Below are positions 34,713-47,944 of a DNA stretch of 64,000 bases, piece after piece. Both the position numbers and the translations under genes were made by a program. Each line of letters begins with the position of its first letter. The first letter of the stretch is position 1. The notes under the pieces are model-generated. The model was not told the origin of the DNA. It did not search any database and worked only from the letters and a program-made list of their open reading frames with translations. The stretch comes from Eledone cirrhosa (taxonomy: Eukaryota): the NCBI GenBank assembly GCA_964016885.1, contig OZ024743.1, positions 319,734,001 through 319,798,000 of the forward strand. Reading direction: 5' to 3'.

Positions 34713-35394
34713 CTCGCTTCCAACGTTATAATAACTGAATTCACTGCTTCATACTTATGCATACCACCTGCAAATTCGCATACGCATAACAACGCGCCCT
34801 GTCATCCTCTGGCGCATCTCCCCACCACATATACTCACACTCATAAAGTTCGCACCAGCCAAAATATTACTGAAATGCCATAATTTATCAATAAATTACA
34901 ATTTTCAGTCTGTGACATTGGAGACGTCCGGGGGAGCTGAGTCACTGACAACAAGGATGTTATAATTGTTTGTTCGTCTAACTGAAGAATCAGGTGATGT
35001 TCATGGTGACGGTGTTTGGCTATTTCAGCACCTTAGCCTCGTTATCACCCGTCAGTTCCTTGATATGCCTCTAACAAATTTAAAGTAAACACTAACACCC
35101 CCTGCCACAATGTGTAACTAACTGTGCTTGTCTTCTACAGTTTTTTTTCCTGTTTTCTTTTTCTTTTCCATTTTTAACATTTATTATTGGTTTCCTTCGT
35201 TTGCAAATTAATATAATTTAATACAACCTTTAGTTGTTGAATAAAATACATTAGACTGTTGTTATATGCCAACAAAACTGGAAAAGATCCATTTTACGTT
35301 GGCATGTAGGATATAAAGGGAAAATATATAGTTCGCTAGAGTAATCTCCCTTGGATTAGAAACATCTAACGTTTGACGCATTTAATTTTTTATA

Positions 35395-35471
35395 ATTGTT
35401 TCTACTTTTGACACAAGGCCAGCAATTAACCAGTGCATTACTGGTACTTTATTTTATCGACCCCGTAAGGA
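35395..35471 (-). mobile_element. SINE 3' fragment
   Basis: Matches the 3' end of the SINE family. Confidence 0.8.
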
Positions 35472-36149
35472 TTATAATAGTTGTAAAATATATTCTAAGA
35501 ACTATGTCGCCTTAAATATTTAGGGGGATTTAATAATATAACTAACTTTCTAATTTTTAAGCTGGTGTTAGGAACATAACTTAACAAACGCTCTTAAATA
35601 AAATTATGATGGAATGTTTTGATAAATGTAAACATTTAAAAATAAACAGCTTAGTATCATAAAACCAGGGCCACTTTCACAGTTTGGTATCAAAAGTATT
35701 AAGCATTGACTTATCTTCTTTTACCATTTTATTTTTTAAATTATCAAATCATGTTGAAATAAATACAGAAGATGTTTTAAGCAGCAATGAAGAAACTGAA
35801 TCTGAAATTACTGCTAAAGAAAACCAGTGGTACTGCAACTTACAATCAATAAAAGCTGAACTTGAAGCATGCTGCGCATGTTATGAAATTGGCTTGGATA
35901 AGTTTGAAAAGATTTTTAAAAAGCAGCAAGAACCAAGTGTGTATTCTAAACTCTTTCTTACATTATACTTAACCTCTTTTCTCCCTCATGTAACTGTCAA
36001 ATGTCATCCATGACACCGTGCTTGTCATCCTTCTTATCCCCTCCTCCTACTTACACCTCTGAACATGTCTACCCTGAGACAAAATACAATCTCCCCAGGG
36101 CGGAGAAGGTTCTGCAATTGAGTTAATAACCGATGACCTCTCGAGTAGT

Positions 36150-36380
36150 GGTGCCATGATAAAATGCACCCTGTACTCTATGTAAAGTGGTTGATGTTGG
36201 GAAGGGCATCAGCTGTAGAAATTATGTCTAACAAAGGGTTGGGAGGACTCTTCATTTATGTCATGGTGATGATGATCTCCCTAGTGCTGGACCCATGATA
36301 AAATACACCCAGTATATTGTGTATAAAGTAGTTGGGGTTAAAAAAGGCATCCAGCTGTTGAAAACATGCCAACTGGAACG
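36150..36380 (+). mobile_element. RTE-associated SINE-like repeat, two tandem fragments
   Basis: CACCC...TGTAAAGTGGTTG..GTT.GGAAGGGCATC motif twice. Also at ~50025-50080 and ~62365-62470. Confidence 0.6.
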
Positions 36381-36989
36381 TGAGACCATCGATCCCTTTA
36401 TTGAATATTTGACCCCGACCCCCAGACATGTTAAAAATGAATACCTATGTAAATAAATCAGTAAACAGTACATACAATAAATAAATAGGAGCTAATTATA
36501 TAGAAATCTGAAACTGTCCCACCATTCCCCAAAGTATTTTATTCATATCTTTATAGATATTGCCGCAGTTATGCCTCTTGAATATGCAAATTTGTTTCTA
36601 ATTCTATTGAACATTTTCTTGTATCAACAATAAGATTATAATTTCTTTCTTGGCGACGGATGTTAACATAATCTATCGGGTGGTAGATTTAATAATTCAT
36701 TATCTGATCTAACACCATTACCTGGTCGTTGAGAACTTTTAGCAATGTCCAGCCTGTTACAAGCGTCTGGGTCAAGTGTCTGGTGTAAGGATGCCTTCCA
36801 CTCACACATTGCTTGGAAGCCCTGAAGAGGATTGTGCTCATCTCATACTAATGAACATGAAAATGTTTAAAAGGTTTTAAAATCTTATGGAAATGGTACA
36901 ATAAAATGGATCTCCTATAGTATGTTACTGGTACTTGTTTTATCACAGATGTAAAAATGAAAGGTAAAATTGGTTTATCTACTGCATAT

Positions 36990-37325
36990 ATTTTTGAAAA
37001 TTAACTATTTTACCACAATTGACCCGTTTCCCTTGCGACATTGATTTCAGTTACTGTGAAGAACAGCGGGTCGAAGGGAAGGTTGGTCGTTGATTTCCCA
37101 GGGTTATGAGTAATTGGTTGCCAACATGTATCTGATGCCCAGTACCACGGTTTCGTTTATCAAACAATATTTTGGCGTTCTGTTCTGTGGTCGAATCACG
37201 CTGAATGATCTGATAATGCATTGCTCCCATTGTAGCTGGTTTTACGTTAGGGATCTTGGTTGATACTGTGATGAAACAGGCTTTCAGCTGGGCTGAAACC
37301 AGTTGTAATGTGTGGAGTTGCATGG
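36990..37325 (-). pseudogene. Gypsy-like integrase C-terminal remnant
   Basis: Frameshifted minus-strand reading TPHITTGFSPAESLF..TKIP..FDKRNR..IHVGNQLL..PFDPLFFTVT, resembling TPHSTTG.SPAELLF and the downstream integrase tail. Confidence 0.6.
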
Positions 37326-37785
37326 ACTGTGGACTGCTGTGCGTGCGCGTGTGTGTAGTATTATCATCTTGAAATAATAATGTTTTTGATTGTAAACATA
37401 CAAAACATTTCTGTTTGGAAAATGCAATGCAAAATATAACAAATATGTTTTCAAGGGACACAACTAAATTTTATTTTATTTTTTTAACATTACCTCCCTT
37501 GGTGCATAGGTGTATATGTGTATACAAACAGCGTCTTGGTTATTCGCATGTATCTCTCAAATTCATTTACAATATTTTAATTTTCCTCAATTCTCACTTG
37601 CAATATTATATTTCTCCCACTTCCACTTCCTATACTACTCTGCATCTATCAATCTGCTATCCTCCCATACAATGATAAGTTGGTGAACAAAAGGTCAGAA
37701 ACACGGAACAATTAGAGTGGATTCAAAGATTGTATTGTCTACATATTTCATACAATAATTGAAATTGATCACGAAGAAGTAATCT

Positions 37786-37857
37786 TGACTTGTAAATCAA
37801 TGGATAACGGACCTGATAAAGGATCATGAGATTCCAGGTTCGACACTGTCAACTTCG
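37786..37857 (+). pseudogene. tRNA-Arg(ACG)-derived pseudogene
   Basis: CAATGGATAACG..CTGA...GGATCA..AGATTCCAGGTTCGAC, matching the metazoan tRNA-Arg(ACG) pattern. Anticodon and acceptor stem are degraded. Confidence 0.7.
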
Positions 37858-39314
37858 TGATGCCTACAACGCAATGGTAAACAAGCCTGACTAGAGATAA
37901 GTATATTATTGTAGGACTTCACAATGGTGCAGGTAACTGATGAGATAATGAAATTTTTTTTTTTTAAACCGTCTCTCTGATATAGTGAAATTCTTATTCT
38001 AGACACCAATTGTATTGAAGTATTACCACCACTGTCAAAAGTAATATCTGCTAATGAAAGGTAACAATGTGAGAGTGGCCGTTACATTTGTATGAAATGT
38101 TTAGTTAACTTCTTTCTTATGATGTCACAATAACAAATTCAGATTGGATGAATTTGTCGTAGCCAAAAACGTATTTGTTTTATTTTAACGAAAGGAAAGA
38201 AGAAAACATAAATAAATCAGTCACACACACATGTAGACCAGGTCCGAACACTGAGGAACCAATCACCCACTGTCACCGCCTCCATCACTCCCTTCTCCCC
38301 AACTCAAATTGTTATGAGCAAATGGAGGCCCACGCGCTGGCCACCGTGCGGCACCGGTGGACAGAATAGAGAACACGTTTCCACGAAGGGTATTAAGACA
38401 GATATGCTGGAAAAGTGATTCCAGCACACGAGGCTAAATTCTGCGAGTAACAAGCTCTGTGCCAATGGTGGTTTGGGGCTAAGGACACCAGAAGTCTGCG
38501 CTGCAAACCTGTCGAAGAGCGACCGATATTTGGAGAGTTTACCCTCGTTTATTTCGTCAATCTAATTGACAAATGAAGAATAATGGAATCGGCTGAGATA
38601 GAAATACAGTGTGTAAAGATATCTTACGGTAATTTCGCATGGATATCGAATGAATGACATTTTCTTGAACGTTGAAGTCTTCTAACGAGGTATAAAAGTC
38701 TTCCTCATTTCATCCTTAAAAAGCCTGTAACTCTATACTTTCATATTGAAAGCCAATTTGTTTTTCTCTATACATAGTAAATCTTACGTTATAGTTTCTT
38801 GATATATTTGAGATACTATCTAAGAAACTATATAAATGTCTCCGAATATAATTTATTATTGAATCAATTGTACTTCTGCGATCTCGCATAATAGCTACAT
38901 TGAATCTTGAACGAGAGAGGATAAATTCTTAGGGTAAGAAAGTTTATAATATGTACAAGGAAACATTTTTCAGAGAAAAAAGAAGTGTGCGATCGAAGGA
39001 AAGAAAATGACAAAATGTGAACGAACTGATTATGACTAGAAGATAAAGTAAAAAATATGAGATGAAATGTAAAAATTATTGCAAAAGCTTCGACGATGAT
39101 TTGTTAGTCTCATAAAACACATTAAATCAATGTTAGTTATATTCTCTATAGATTAAAATATTTGCTAAACATTCATGCTCCCAAAATATATGGGGAAACC
39201 TGAAATTATGCTATTCTGCGACCCTTCATTTGTTCAATTTCTCATGAATCCCATTCATAAACTTTTTTCTTATATTTTAGTTTATATTTGTAAAAGGTTG
39301 GCCCGTTTTCACGT

Positions 39315-39396
39315 GACCAGTTGGCCGAGTGGTTAAAGCGATAGGCTACTAATCCATTTGAAAGTTACCTTTTTAGTTCGGAGCTCAACTTCGTCG
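39315..39396 (+). pseudogene. tRNA-Ser(GCT)-derived pseudogene
   Basis: GACCAGTTGGCCGAGTGGTTAAAGCGAT.G.CTACTAATCCATT..GTTCG..CTTCGTCG, 82 nt, colinear with tRNA-Ser(GCT). T arm and variable arm are disrupted. Confidence 0.75.
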
Positions 39397-40678
39397 AAGC
39401 TTTTGCAATAATTTTTATATTTCATCTCATGTTTTACTTTATCTTATAGTCATCATCAGTTCGTTTACATTTTGTCATTTTATTCGATCACGCACTTCTT
39501 TATATTTATTATATTGGGATTATGAATGTTTAGCGAATATTTTAATCTATCAAGAAAATAATAACTAACATTGAATTAATATTTATTTTCTGAGGGAGAC
39601 TAACAAACATAAACCCAGTGAAATTAAATAAATCATTAAGTTTGCCCACTAGATCTAGTGGGCAAAAGATAGTGATCAACACGAAATAATTAGAACCACT
39701 TTCAAAGATGATACCTATAGTAATTTAAAATATCAGCCGAAAAATCAACCCTCATTTGTGAGTCATTGGATAATGCACTAGACTAAGAAACTAGGTGTCA
39801 CAACCTCGACATGCTTCAGTTTTGAAGTAGACGTTTTCTTTTCTTTTTTTGGCTGTTGGTTTGACATCTACTTTCATATATATTACATTCTACTATAAAT
39901 ATTGATATCTAAAGTATATTTCATTCACATATATTCTCTTGCTATTTCGAAATGTACTCATTGACTATATATCGTAGATAAGCTAAACAACCATAGATAC
40001 ACTACAAACAATTATGCACAATAAGATAAACATTTTTTATGATTATAAATATAATAGAAAAGCATGGTAAAGCTAGAAATCTTACCTGAATATTACTGAA
40101 ATTTATAGACACATTTCATTATGAAACAGTGTAAGTGTGATTAAATTCAATTAGTGAAAATTGAAAATACGATGATATTGTACTTTTAGAAGTCAAAGAA
40201 TGCATACGCACTTATGTCGGATCTTTTCGGTAGACGATAAAATAGAGCTACATATATTCACACACATCATCTCGTTTGTAATTCTTTCACCGCTCTTATA
40301 TAAAGACTTATTTAATTTGATGAGGAAGTTAAAAGCGAATATTTGCAAAATTAGATGCAATCATTATTGCAGAATTACACATAAATGCAGTCAACTGAAT
40401 TGATAATTAAATTGTTTCAAAGAAAGCCGTCCTCACGATATGCTGAAATTCTTGTTCTAGTCACCAATTGTATTGCAGTATTACCAGCACTATCCAAAGT
40501 AATGTGTACTAGGTAAAACTTTGTTAATGAACATTACCATTGTATGAAATGTTTAGTTAACTTCTTTCTTATGACGTCACAATAACATTTTTTTGTAAAT
40601 TTAGATTGAATTCATCCAATCTATTTGAGAAATGGCATGTAATGGAATTGCCTGGAAACCCCATTTAATCATAATAAT

Positions 40679-40851
40679 TGCTTCTACTTTGGGCATAAGG
40701 CCAGCAATTACCCAGTGCATTACTGGTAATTTATTTTATCGACTCCGTAAGGATGAAAGGCAAAGTTAACCTCGGCGGCATCTGAACTCAGCTCTAAAGT
40801 GCCCTAACTATGCTTTGCATGTTGTCCGACTCTCTACCGATATTGCGAATC
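40679..40851 (-). mobile_element. tRNA-derived SINE, short subfamily
   Basis: Family motifs in reverse complement. Confidence 0.85.
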
Positions 40852-41229
40852 AATAATGAGAGATGGGGATAGCAGAATAGCAGAATTTCAGGTTTTCCCA
40901 TCTATATTATTTTGTGAGTATAAATGTTTAGCAAATATTTCAATCTATCGAGAAAATAATAACTAACATTGATTTAACATGTGTTTTATGAGGGAGACTA
41001 ACAAACAAGACTTCTAATAGACCCAGTGAAATTAAATTTTTAGAAGAAGTTATTTTGTAGATGTTCACCAATTTAGAACGTGTATTTTGGTTGTTAATCA
41101 TAGTTAATAGGAGAGGTAGATATATGGATATATGTTGTGTTATGGTTGTTAATATTGTTTGTGTATCGTATCACAGAGAGTAACCGAAGCAGTCCAAGGA
41201 TGTCATCATAAGCCATTACGACGTTTTTT

Positions 41230-41564
41230 GATATATAATTTATTTACTGAGATGAGAAGTTGAGTTAGCTGTGTTGACATGTCATAAGAAATTAAATAAA
41301 ACAAATTAAGATGCTGTAAAAGAATACGCAGACCTATGGCTGAAGTTAGAAGCCACGGCCGCGGTAATTGTTCGATAGCTACATTTTGGAAAGTTTGTTG
41401 AGCAAAATCAAGAGCTGCAAGAGAGATTTTCGAAGCGAAGCGGGAATTTTTCCCTTTCGGCGGAAGTTGAAATACATTCTCCTACGCTGATAGCGATTGG
41501 CTGAACTGAGCCAAACAACGTATGGAGAATGTATTCAAGAGCCATCAGAATGTAGGTCACTACA
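41230..41564 (-). mobile_element. Diverged LTR of the gypsy-like family
   Basis: Begins TGTAGTGACCTACATTC on minus and is similar to 43343-43931. Left boundary uncertain. Confidence 0.7.
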
Positions 41565-42731
41565 AATTAATTAACCAAATCTTATTTAATCTAGTGGGCA
41601 AAAGATGGTGATCAACACGAAATAATTAGAACCACATTCAAAGATAGTACTGTCTAAATGATACCTATAGTAATTTAAAATGCCAGCCGAAAATCAACCT
41701 TCATTTGTGAGTCATTGGATAATGCACTAGAGTAGGGAACTAGAGGTCACACGTTCGACTCTTAACAACCTCGACATTCTTCAGTTTTGAAGTAGACGTT
41801 TTCTTTTCTTTTTTTGTGGGGGTGCGGGGGGGGGGGGGGGCTGTTGGTATGGCATCTTTCATTACATATATTAGTTATTACATATTTATTCATTTATATT
41901 AATGTATTCATAAAGACGATACCCATTCTATCTATAGGTGACATCGTGTGTGCACCAGATTCTTTACACTCTACTATAAATATTGATATCTAAAGTATAT
42001 TTCATTCACATATATTCTCTTGCTATTTCGAAATGTACTCATTGACTATGTATCGTAGATAAGCTAAACATCCATATGCACAATAAGATAAACATTTTTT
42101 ATGATTATAAATATAATAGAAAAGCATGGTAAAGCTAAAAATCTTACCTGAATACTACTGAAATTGATAGATACATTTCATTATGAAACAGTGAAAATTG
42201 AAAATACGATGATATTGTACTTTTAGAAGTCAAAGAATGCATACACACTTATGTCGGATCTCTCGGTAGACGATAAAATATAGTTACATATATTCACATA
42301 CATTGTCCCGTTTATAAATCTTTCACTGCTCCTATATACAGACTCATTTAATTTCATGAGTAAGTTAAAAGCGAATATTTGCAAAATTAGATGGAATCAT
42401 TATTGCAGAATTTCACATAAATGCAGTTAACTGATTTGATAATGAAATTGTTTAAAAAAAAACCGTCCCTAGCTTATGCTGAAATTCTTATTCTAGACAC
42501 CAATTGTATTGCAGTATTGCCACCACTGTCCAAAGGAATGTCTGCTAATGAAAGGTAACACTTTGAGAATGACCGTTACATTTGCATGAAATGTTTAGTT
42601 AACTTCTTTCTTATGACGTCACAATAACAATTTGTAAATTTAGATTGGATGAATTAGTTTAGCTTTTGTCAATCTATTAGATAAATGGCGTGTAATGGAA
42701 TCAGCTGGAAACACCATTTAATCATAATAAT

Positions 42732-42947
42732 GGTTTCTTATATAAGCACAAGGCCAGCAATTTGGGAGGAGGGGAAAGTCGATTAAATCGACCCCATTGC
42801 GTGACTGGTACTTTATTTTACCGACCTCGTAAGGATGAAAGGCAAAGTTAACCTCGGCGGGATTTGAACTCAGATCATAAAGGGCCGTAACTCTATGCTG
42901 CAAAGCATGGGGTGTCCGAACCTCTACCGATACTGCCAATCCACCGC
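42732..42947 (-). mobile_element. tRNA-derived SINE, long subfamily, 18-bp TSD
   Basis: TSD CCATTTAATCATAATAAT at 42714-42731 and 42948-42965. Confidence 0.9.
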
Positions 42948-43257
42948 CCATTTAATCATAATAATGAGAGATGGGGAGTGCGGAAGAGACAATTGGTGGT
43001 GTACAGTTTGGTTCCTTTGTGTTCAGACCTGGTATATATGTATATATGTTTTACCACTCCATATTCGTTAAAAACCTGTTTTTGTATAGGTATTCAAATG
43101 TGTAAAGGGATATTGCTTAATAGTTAGAATGATCGTATGTAAAGGTTTCTTTCGGTAATTTCGTATGGAAATCGAATGTATAGGACATGTCTAAACTTTA
43201 AAGGCTTCTAACGAGGGATTGAATTCTTCCTCATTTAATCCTTAGAAAGTCTTTATA

Positions 43258-44100
43258 TTTTAACAGAATGCTGGGTTGATGTATATATATATATTGTAAA
43301 GGAGCATTTCATGCTTAAATACTCCTGCGTCGAAGGTCACCAGTTTTAACAGGATGGTTTTAAGAGTAGATGTATCACCACGAAGAATTGAGGTTAGGCT
43401 GTAAGTCTCAGGTTCTGTTGCTGCCTTCCATATCACATTTAAAGGCATTGCTGTGGTAACAGCATCACAAGACTCTACGATGTTTTAGCAGTTAAGTTAT
43501 ATTATAGTTAGTTGCGCCACGAGTAATTAGTTTGGTAGTAAGATGTGGTAAAAACATCAACAATGACTTTGGCTTGTTTTACATTATTTATTAACAAGGT
43601 TGAGCTATGTAGAGCTGAGTAGAGCAGGCATGCCAAGAGTAAAAAAACAAACGAATTAAGGATTTCAGAAGGCACGGTCTACTGGCTGAAGTGTTGCCAG
43701 GCCGTGGTTAAGTTGTTGTGTTACATGCTGGCTAGTAATTTCACGACGAAAGAAAGTTAGTTGTTTACCTTTTCACAGTCAGGATGCAAGAGACAGATTT
43801 CTCAAATCCACGCGGGAATATTTCCCTCGGGGCGCGTAGAGATACATTCTCCTCCGCTGGCGGTCATTGGCTGGGCTGAGCCAAATAACGCATGAGAATG
43901 CATGTGAGCCCGCGGAATGTAGGTCACTACAATACTCCTTCCTAGTCGTAAGACGATACAGATTATTGAATCAGCAAGGAAAAATAGTGAAAGAGCACAT
44001 CAGTGAAATAATAATTGAGCAGAAGGATGCATGCAAGAAGAGAAATGAGGCGCTAAGGGCCGTGTTGAGCCGCTGTGTCAAATGACTAGCTGTTTTGTAG
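43258..44100 (-). mobile_element. LTR (43343-43931) with upstream PPT and downstream PBS
   Basis: Minus strand AGGAAGGAG-TAT-TGTAGTGACC, ending AAAAC-TGGTGACCTTCGACG. Reverse complement of ~46480-47256. Confidence 0.75.
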
Positions 44101-44114
44101 TTTAAATATGAGAT

Positions 44115-47100
44115 TGTAGTGACCTACATTCCGCGGGCTCACATACATTCTCTGTGCGTGATTTGGCTCAGCTCAGCCAATCAGCGCCAGTAGAAGAGAA
44201 TGTATCCCTACGCGCCCTGAGGTAAAAATTCCTGCGTGGATTTGAGAAATCGCTCTCTTGCACGCTGACTTCGAAAAGGTAAACACCTAACTTTCGTTCG
44301 TCGTGTAATCACTAGCCAACATGTAACACAACTACTTAACCACGGCCTGGCAACACTTAAGCCAGTAGCCCGTGCCTCCTGAACTCTTAATTCGTTTGTT
44401 TTATCTCTCTTGGCATGCCAGCTATTCAGCTCCACTCAGCTCCACCTTATTAATAAATAATGTAAAACAAGCAAAGTCGTTGTCGATATTCCTAACATCT
44501 TACTACCAAACTTTTACCACAGCAATGCCTTTAAATGTGATATGGAAGGATTCCTTCCAGGGGTATTATCACAGCAGCAACAGAACCTGAGACTTACAGC
44601 CAAACCTCAATTCTTCGTGGTGATACATCTACTCTTAAAACCATCCTGTTAAAACTGGTGACCCCGAGAAAAAAATCAATCATAGGATCTGGTGTTGTGT
44701 GTGTATAGAAAAAAGAAAATTAATTAGCAGTATTTCACAAAAAAGTTTCTAAAAACGAACACGAGGAAATTTCAAAATGGCTACCAACAAGTCCTCTGCA
44801 ACTATCAACAATTTGCAACCTGAAAGAACAAATGAAGGAACATGCAGACATACTTTTCGTTGGGACACACTTTCTTCCACCTAACGTGGAATTCGGACAC
44901 AAAATCTGTCTCTTGCATCCTGACTGTGAAAAGATAAACAACTAACTTTCTTTCGTCGTGAAATCACTAGCCAACATGTAACACAACAACTTACCCACAT
45001 CCTGGCAACACTTCAGCCAGTGGACCGTGCCTTCTGAAATCCTTAATTCGTTTGTTTTATTACTCTTGGCATGCCTGCTCTACTCAGCTCTACATAGTTC
45101 AACCTTGTTAATAATTAATGTAAAATAAGCCAAAGTCATTGCCGATGTTCTTACCATATCTTTCTACAGAACTGGTCACTCGTGGCGCTACTAACAACAA
45201 CACATCTTAACTGTTAAATTGGTGACCTGATGTGAGGAATATTTTAAATACAAAATATTCCTTTTAAAATTAAAAAAATTAGCAGTATTTAAAAACATTT
45301 TCGCCACGAGGAAATTTCAAAATGGCAACCACCAAATACTTCTTTACTACCAGCCATCAGCAGCAACACATGGTTAACTACTAACCAACAACAGGGAATA
45401 ACGATGTGGCAGCTTTGTAACCTTACCGACGCAACCACCACACCCTCTGTCTCGTTACTACGGTGACTCGAGAAATTAAAATAACAGTTTTCTCACCACT
45501 ATGGCGTCAGACGTGGCGTTCATAATATTGGTGTCTCTAAAGTTGTCTTCAGCCTTACGACTTCGATTCTACAGAGGATTACTGTGACTTCGCTTCGATA
45601 GCAACAACAACAATTCTACTAGCTTCCTAGTAAGAGCGATCCCAAAGAAATTTCAAAGAAAAGAAAAAGCGAACTTTTTGTTAAAAAATAATTCTTTCTT
45701 TTTCCTTTTTACAGGCAATGTTTGGACATTTATTCTTTTTAAACTGTATTATATAAAAATTCATTTTTTTTCTGTCTATCATTATATATATGACTGCACG
45801 CACACATTGTCTTTGCTGTATTAAATGCCTGCATATGCACACACATTTCTTTGACACACACCAACATGTTGTTGTTCTTAGTGTATGATATTCAAACGTC
45901 GTAAAATTCTGCGAGATCCCTTCTCACTTTGTGGAGAGACCAAACATACTATCGACACTTTGCAACTTAATTCACCTGCATCGCAACACGAGAATGCTAA
46001 TTGCAGCTGAACTCAAACAGTTTCGCATCTCGTTGCACACTCATCGTCCATAACAACCTCCATCTTGTTACTTTACCCGACTCACTGGGAAAACAACAAA
46101 TGGAACTGGACCTGTCAGCATTTCCAGTTCCTTCAAAGACCCTTCAGAGGAATCCCACATCTGCCACTTGTATTCCCATCGCCAGAATTATGGAATTTAC
46201 ATTTCAACTACTACCCGCCTACACATTCAACTTGCTTTTTTCTTTTCAAAGCAACCAGCCATTTTTTCCTGGCTGCCTAGCACTTTCGGCAATACATCTG
46301 GGATGCCGACATTTTCTCGCCTACCCATCATCTTCTTGCCAGCACTGGTAAACTACCATAACAGCTTCACCCACAGCTACTGGTACAGCACTTACCATTA
46401 ACATTTAATGCAAGAACAGCAACTTCGCCCATGTCAGACTTTACTCGTTTTCTATTAGACCCTTCGTGGTCACGTATACACTACAAAACAGCTAGTCATT
46501 TGACACAGCGGCTCAACACGGCCCTTAGCGCCTCATTTTTCTTCTGTTCAATTATTTTTTCACTGATGTGCCCTTTCAGCATGTTTCCCTGCTGATTCAA
46601 TAATCTGTATCGTCTTACGACATGGGGGGAGGGGTATTGTAGTGACCTACATTCCGCGGGCTCACATACATTCTCTGTGCGTGATTTGGCTCAGCTCAGC
46701 CAATCAGCGCCAGTAGAAGAGAATGTATCCCTACGCGCCCTGAGGGAAAATTCCCGCGTGGATTTGAGAAATCGCTCTCTTGCACGCTGACTTCGAAAAG
46801 GTAAACACTTAACTTTCGTTCGTCGTGAAATCACTAGCCAACATGTAACACAACAACTTAACCACGAACTGGCAACACTTCAGCCAGTAGACCGTGCCTC
46901 CTGAACTCTTAATTCGTTTGTTTTATCTCTCTTGGCATGCCAGCTATTCAGCTCCACCTTATTAATAAATAATGTAAAACAAGCAAAGTCGTTGTCGATA
47001 TTCCTAACATCTTACTACCAAACCTTTACCACAGCAATGCCTTTAAATGTGATATGGAAGGATTCCTTCCAGGGGTATTATCACAGCAGCAACAAAACCT

Positions 47101-47256
47101 GAGACTTGCAGCCAAACCCCAATTCTTCGTGGTGATACATCTACTCTTAAAACCATCCTGTTAAAACTGGTGACTTTCGACGCAGGAGTATTTAAGTACG
47201 AAATGCTCCTTTACAATATATATATATATATACATCAACCCAGCATCCTGTTAAAA
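44115..47256 (+). mobile_element. Degenerate gypsy-like LTR concatemer
   Basis: LTR 44115-44655 with PBS TGGTGACCCCGA (complementary to the tRNA-Trp 3' end). Partial LTR ~44895-45219 with PBS TGGTGACCTGATGTGA. Internal ~1.4 kb with a weak RNase H-like trace (HFRQYIW..RHFLAY, ~46280). PPT GGGGGGAGGGG 46624-46634, then LTR 46638-47167 with PBS. Confidence 0.75.
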
Positions 47257-47286
47257 GATGAAATGTAAAAATTACTGCAAAAGCTT

Positions 47287-47368
47287 CGACGAAGATAAGA
47301 TTCAATCTCACGTAGTATGTTGACAATGGGTCTGTAGTCCCTTGACTTCAGTACTCGTTTACCCTGTC
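47287..47368 (-). pseudogene. Highly degenerate tRNA-Ser-derived pseudogene
   Basis: 82 nt GACAGGGT..CGAGT..GGACTAC..CCATTGT..GAATC..ATCTTCGTCG, with the same flanks (ACGT / AAGCTTTTGCA) as 39315-39396. Confidence 0.6.
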
Positions 47369-47944
47369 ACGTTGAAAAGGTCATCTCTTCACATGTATAA
47401 ACCGAATTTTTCGAAAAAATCTTTATAATGGAAGCATTTGAAATTGGACAGATGAAGGATAGCAGAATTCCGTTACTATCTTCTTTTAATGTTGGTACAA
47501 ACTCTTTAAAATTATGGAAGAATTAACCAGATTGTTTTAATGTGTATTGGGAGTGAAGCTTCTGGCCTAGGAGATCAGAAATTATCCTTTTCAACCAATC
47601 CGGCTAGATCATCAATCGAGACCGACCAAGCTCATGGATGTTATCTTTCTCGGGGTCTGCCCCTGAGTCTCCTGTCGGTTGGTTTTGCCTGTAAAATCTG
47701 TCCAGTGATTCTTTACCGAGACCTTCTATCCACATGCCCATAGTACCGGAGTTGTGATCTCTCAATTCGAAGTAACGGCTCTACCTGGAGTGACACTTCG
47801 GTTTCGAGCTACGCATTCTATTACATTTATTATTTCTTAATCTATTGGACAAAAGGTGGTCAACACGGAATAATTAAATACATTCATAGGTCGATTGTCT
47901 AAATCATGTCCATAATAATTTAAATTGGCGGTTGTTGGGGTATC

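Larger units (their letters stand above)
39653..42975 (+). repeat. Two ~1.3-kb direct repeat units (39653-~41040 and 41589-~42975), with related diverged units at ~37690-38160 and ~47830-48420
   Basis: Long colinear blocks such as TCTACTATAAATATTGATATCTAAAGTATATTTCATTCACATATATTCTC and TTAGTTAACTTCTTTCTTATGACGTCACAATAAC. Each unit carries a tRNA-Arg remnant (~39753, 41702-41773). Confidence 0.9.

Noticed and set aside
37935-37960. CTGATGAG..GAAA motif
   Set aside because: No stem II or stem I pairing; likely a chance match.
39315-39396. Functional tRNA-Ser with a rare ACT anticodon
   Set aside because: Acceptor, variable and T arms are mismatched, so it is better explained as a decayed GCT gene.
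39420-39465. CTGATGA-TGACT..AGT-AAAA-CATG on minus as a hammerhead
   Set aside because: GAAA, the cleavage triplet and stem I are missing, and the inverted paralogue lacks the core.
45502-45520. TGGCGTCAGACGTGGCGTT as a tRNA-Leu PBS or tRNA remnant
   Set aside because: Only a partial match, and not adjacent to an LTR end.
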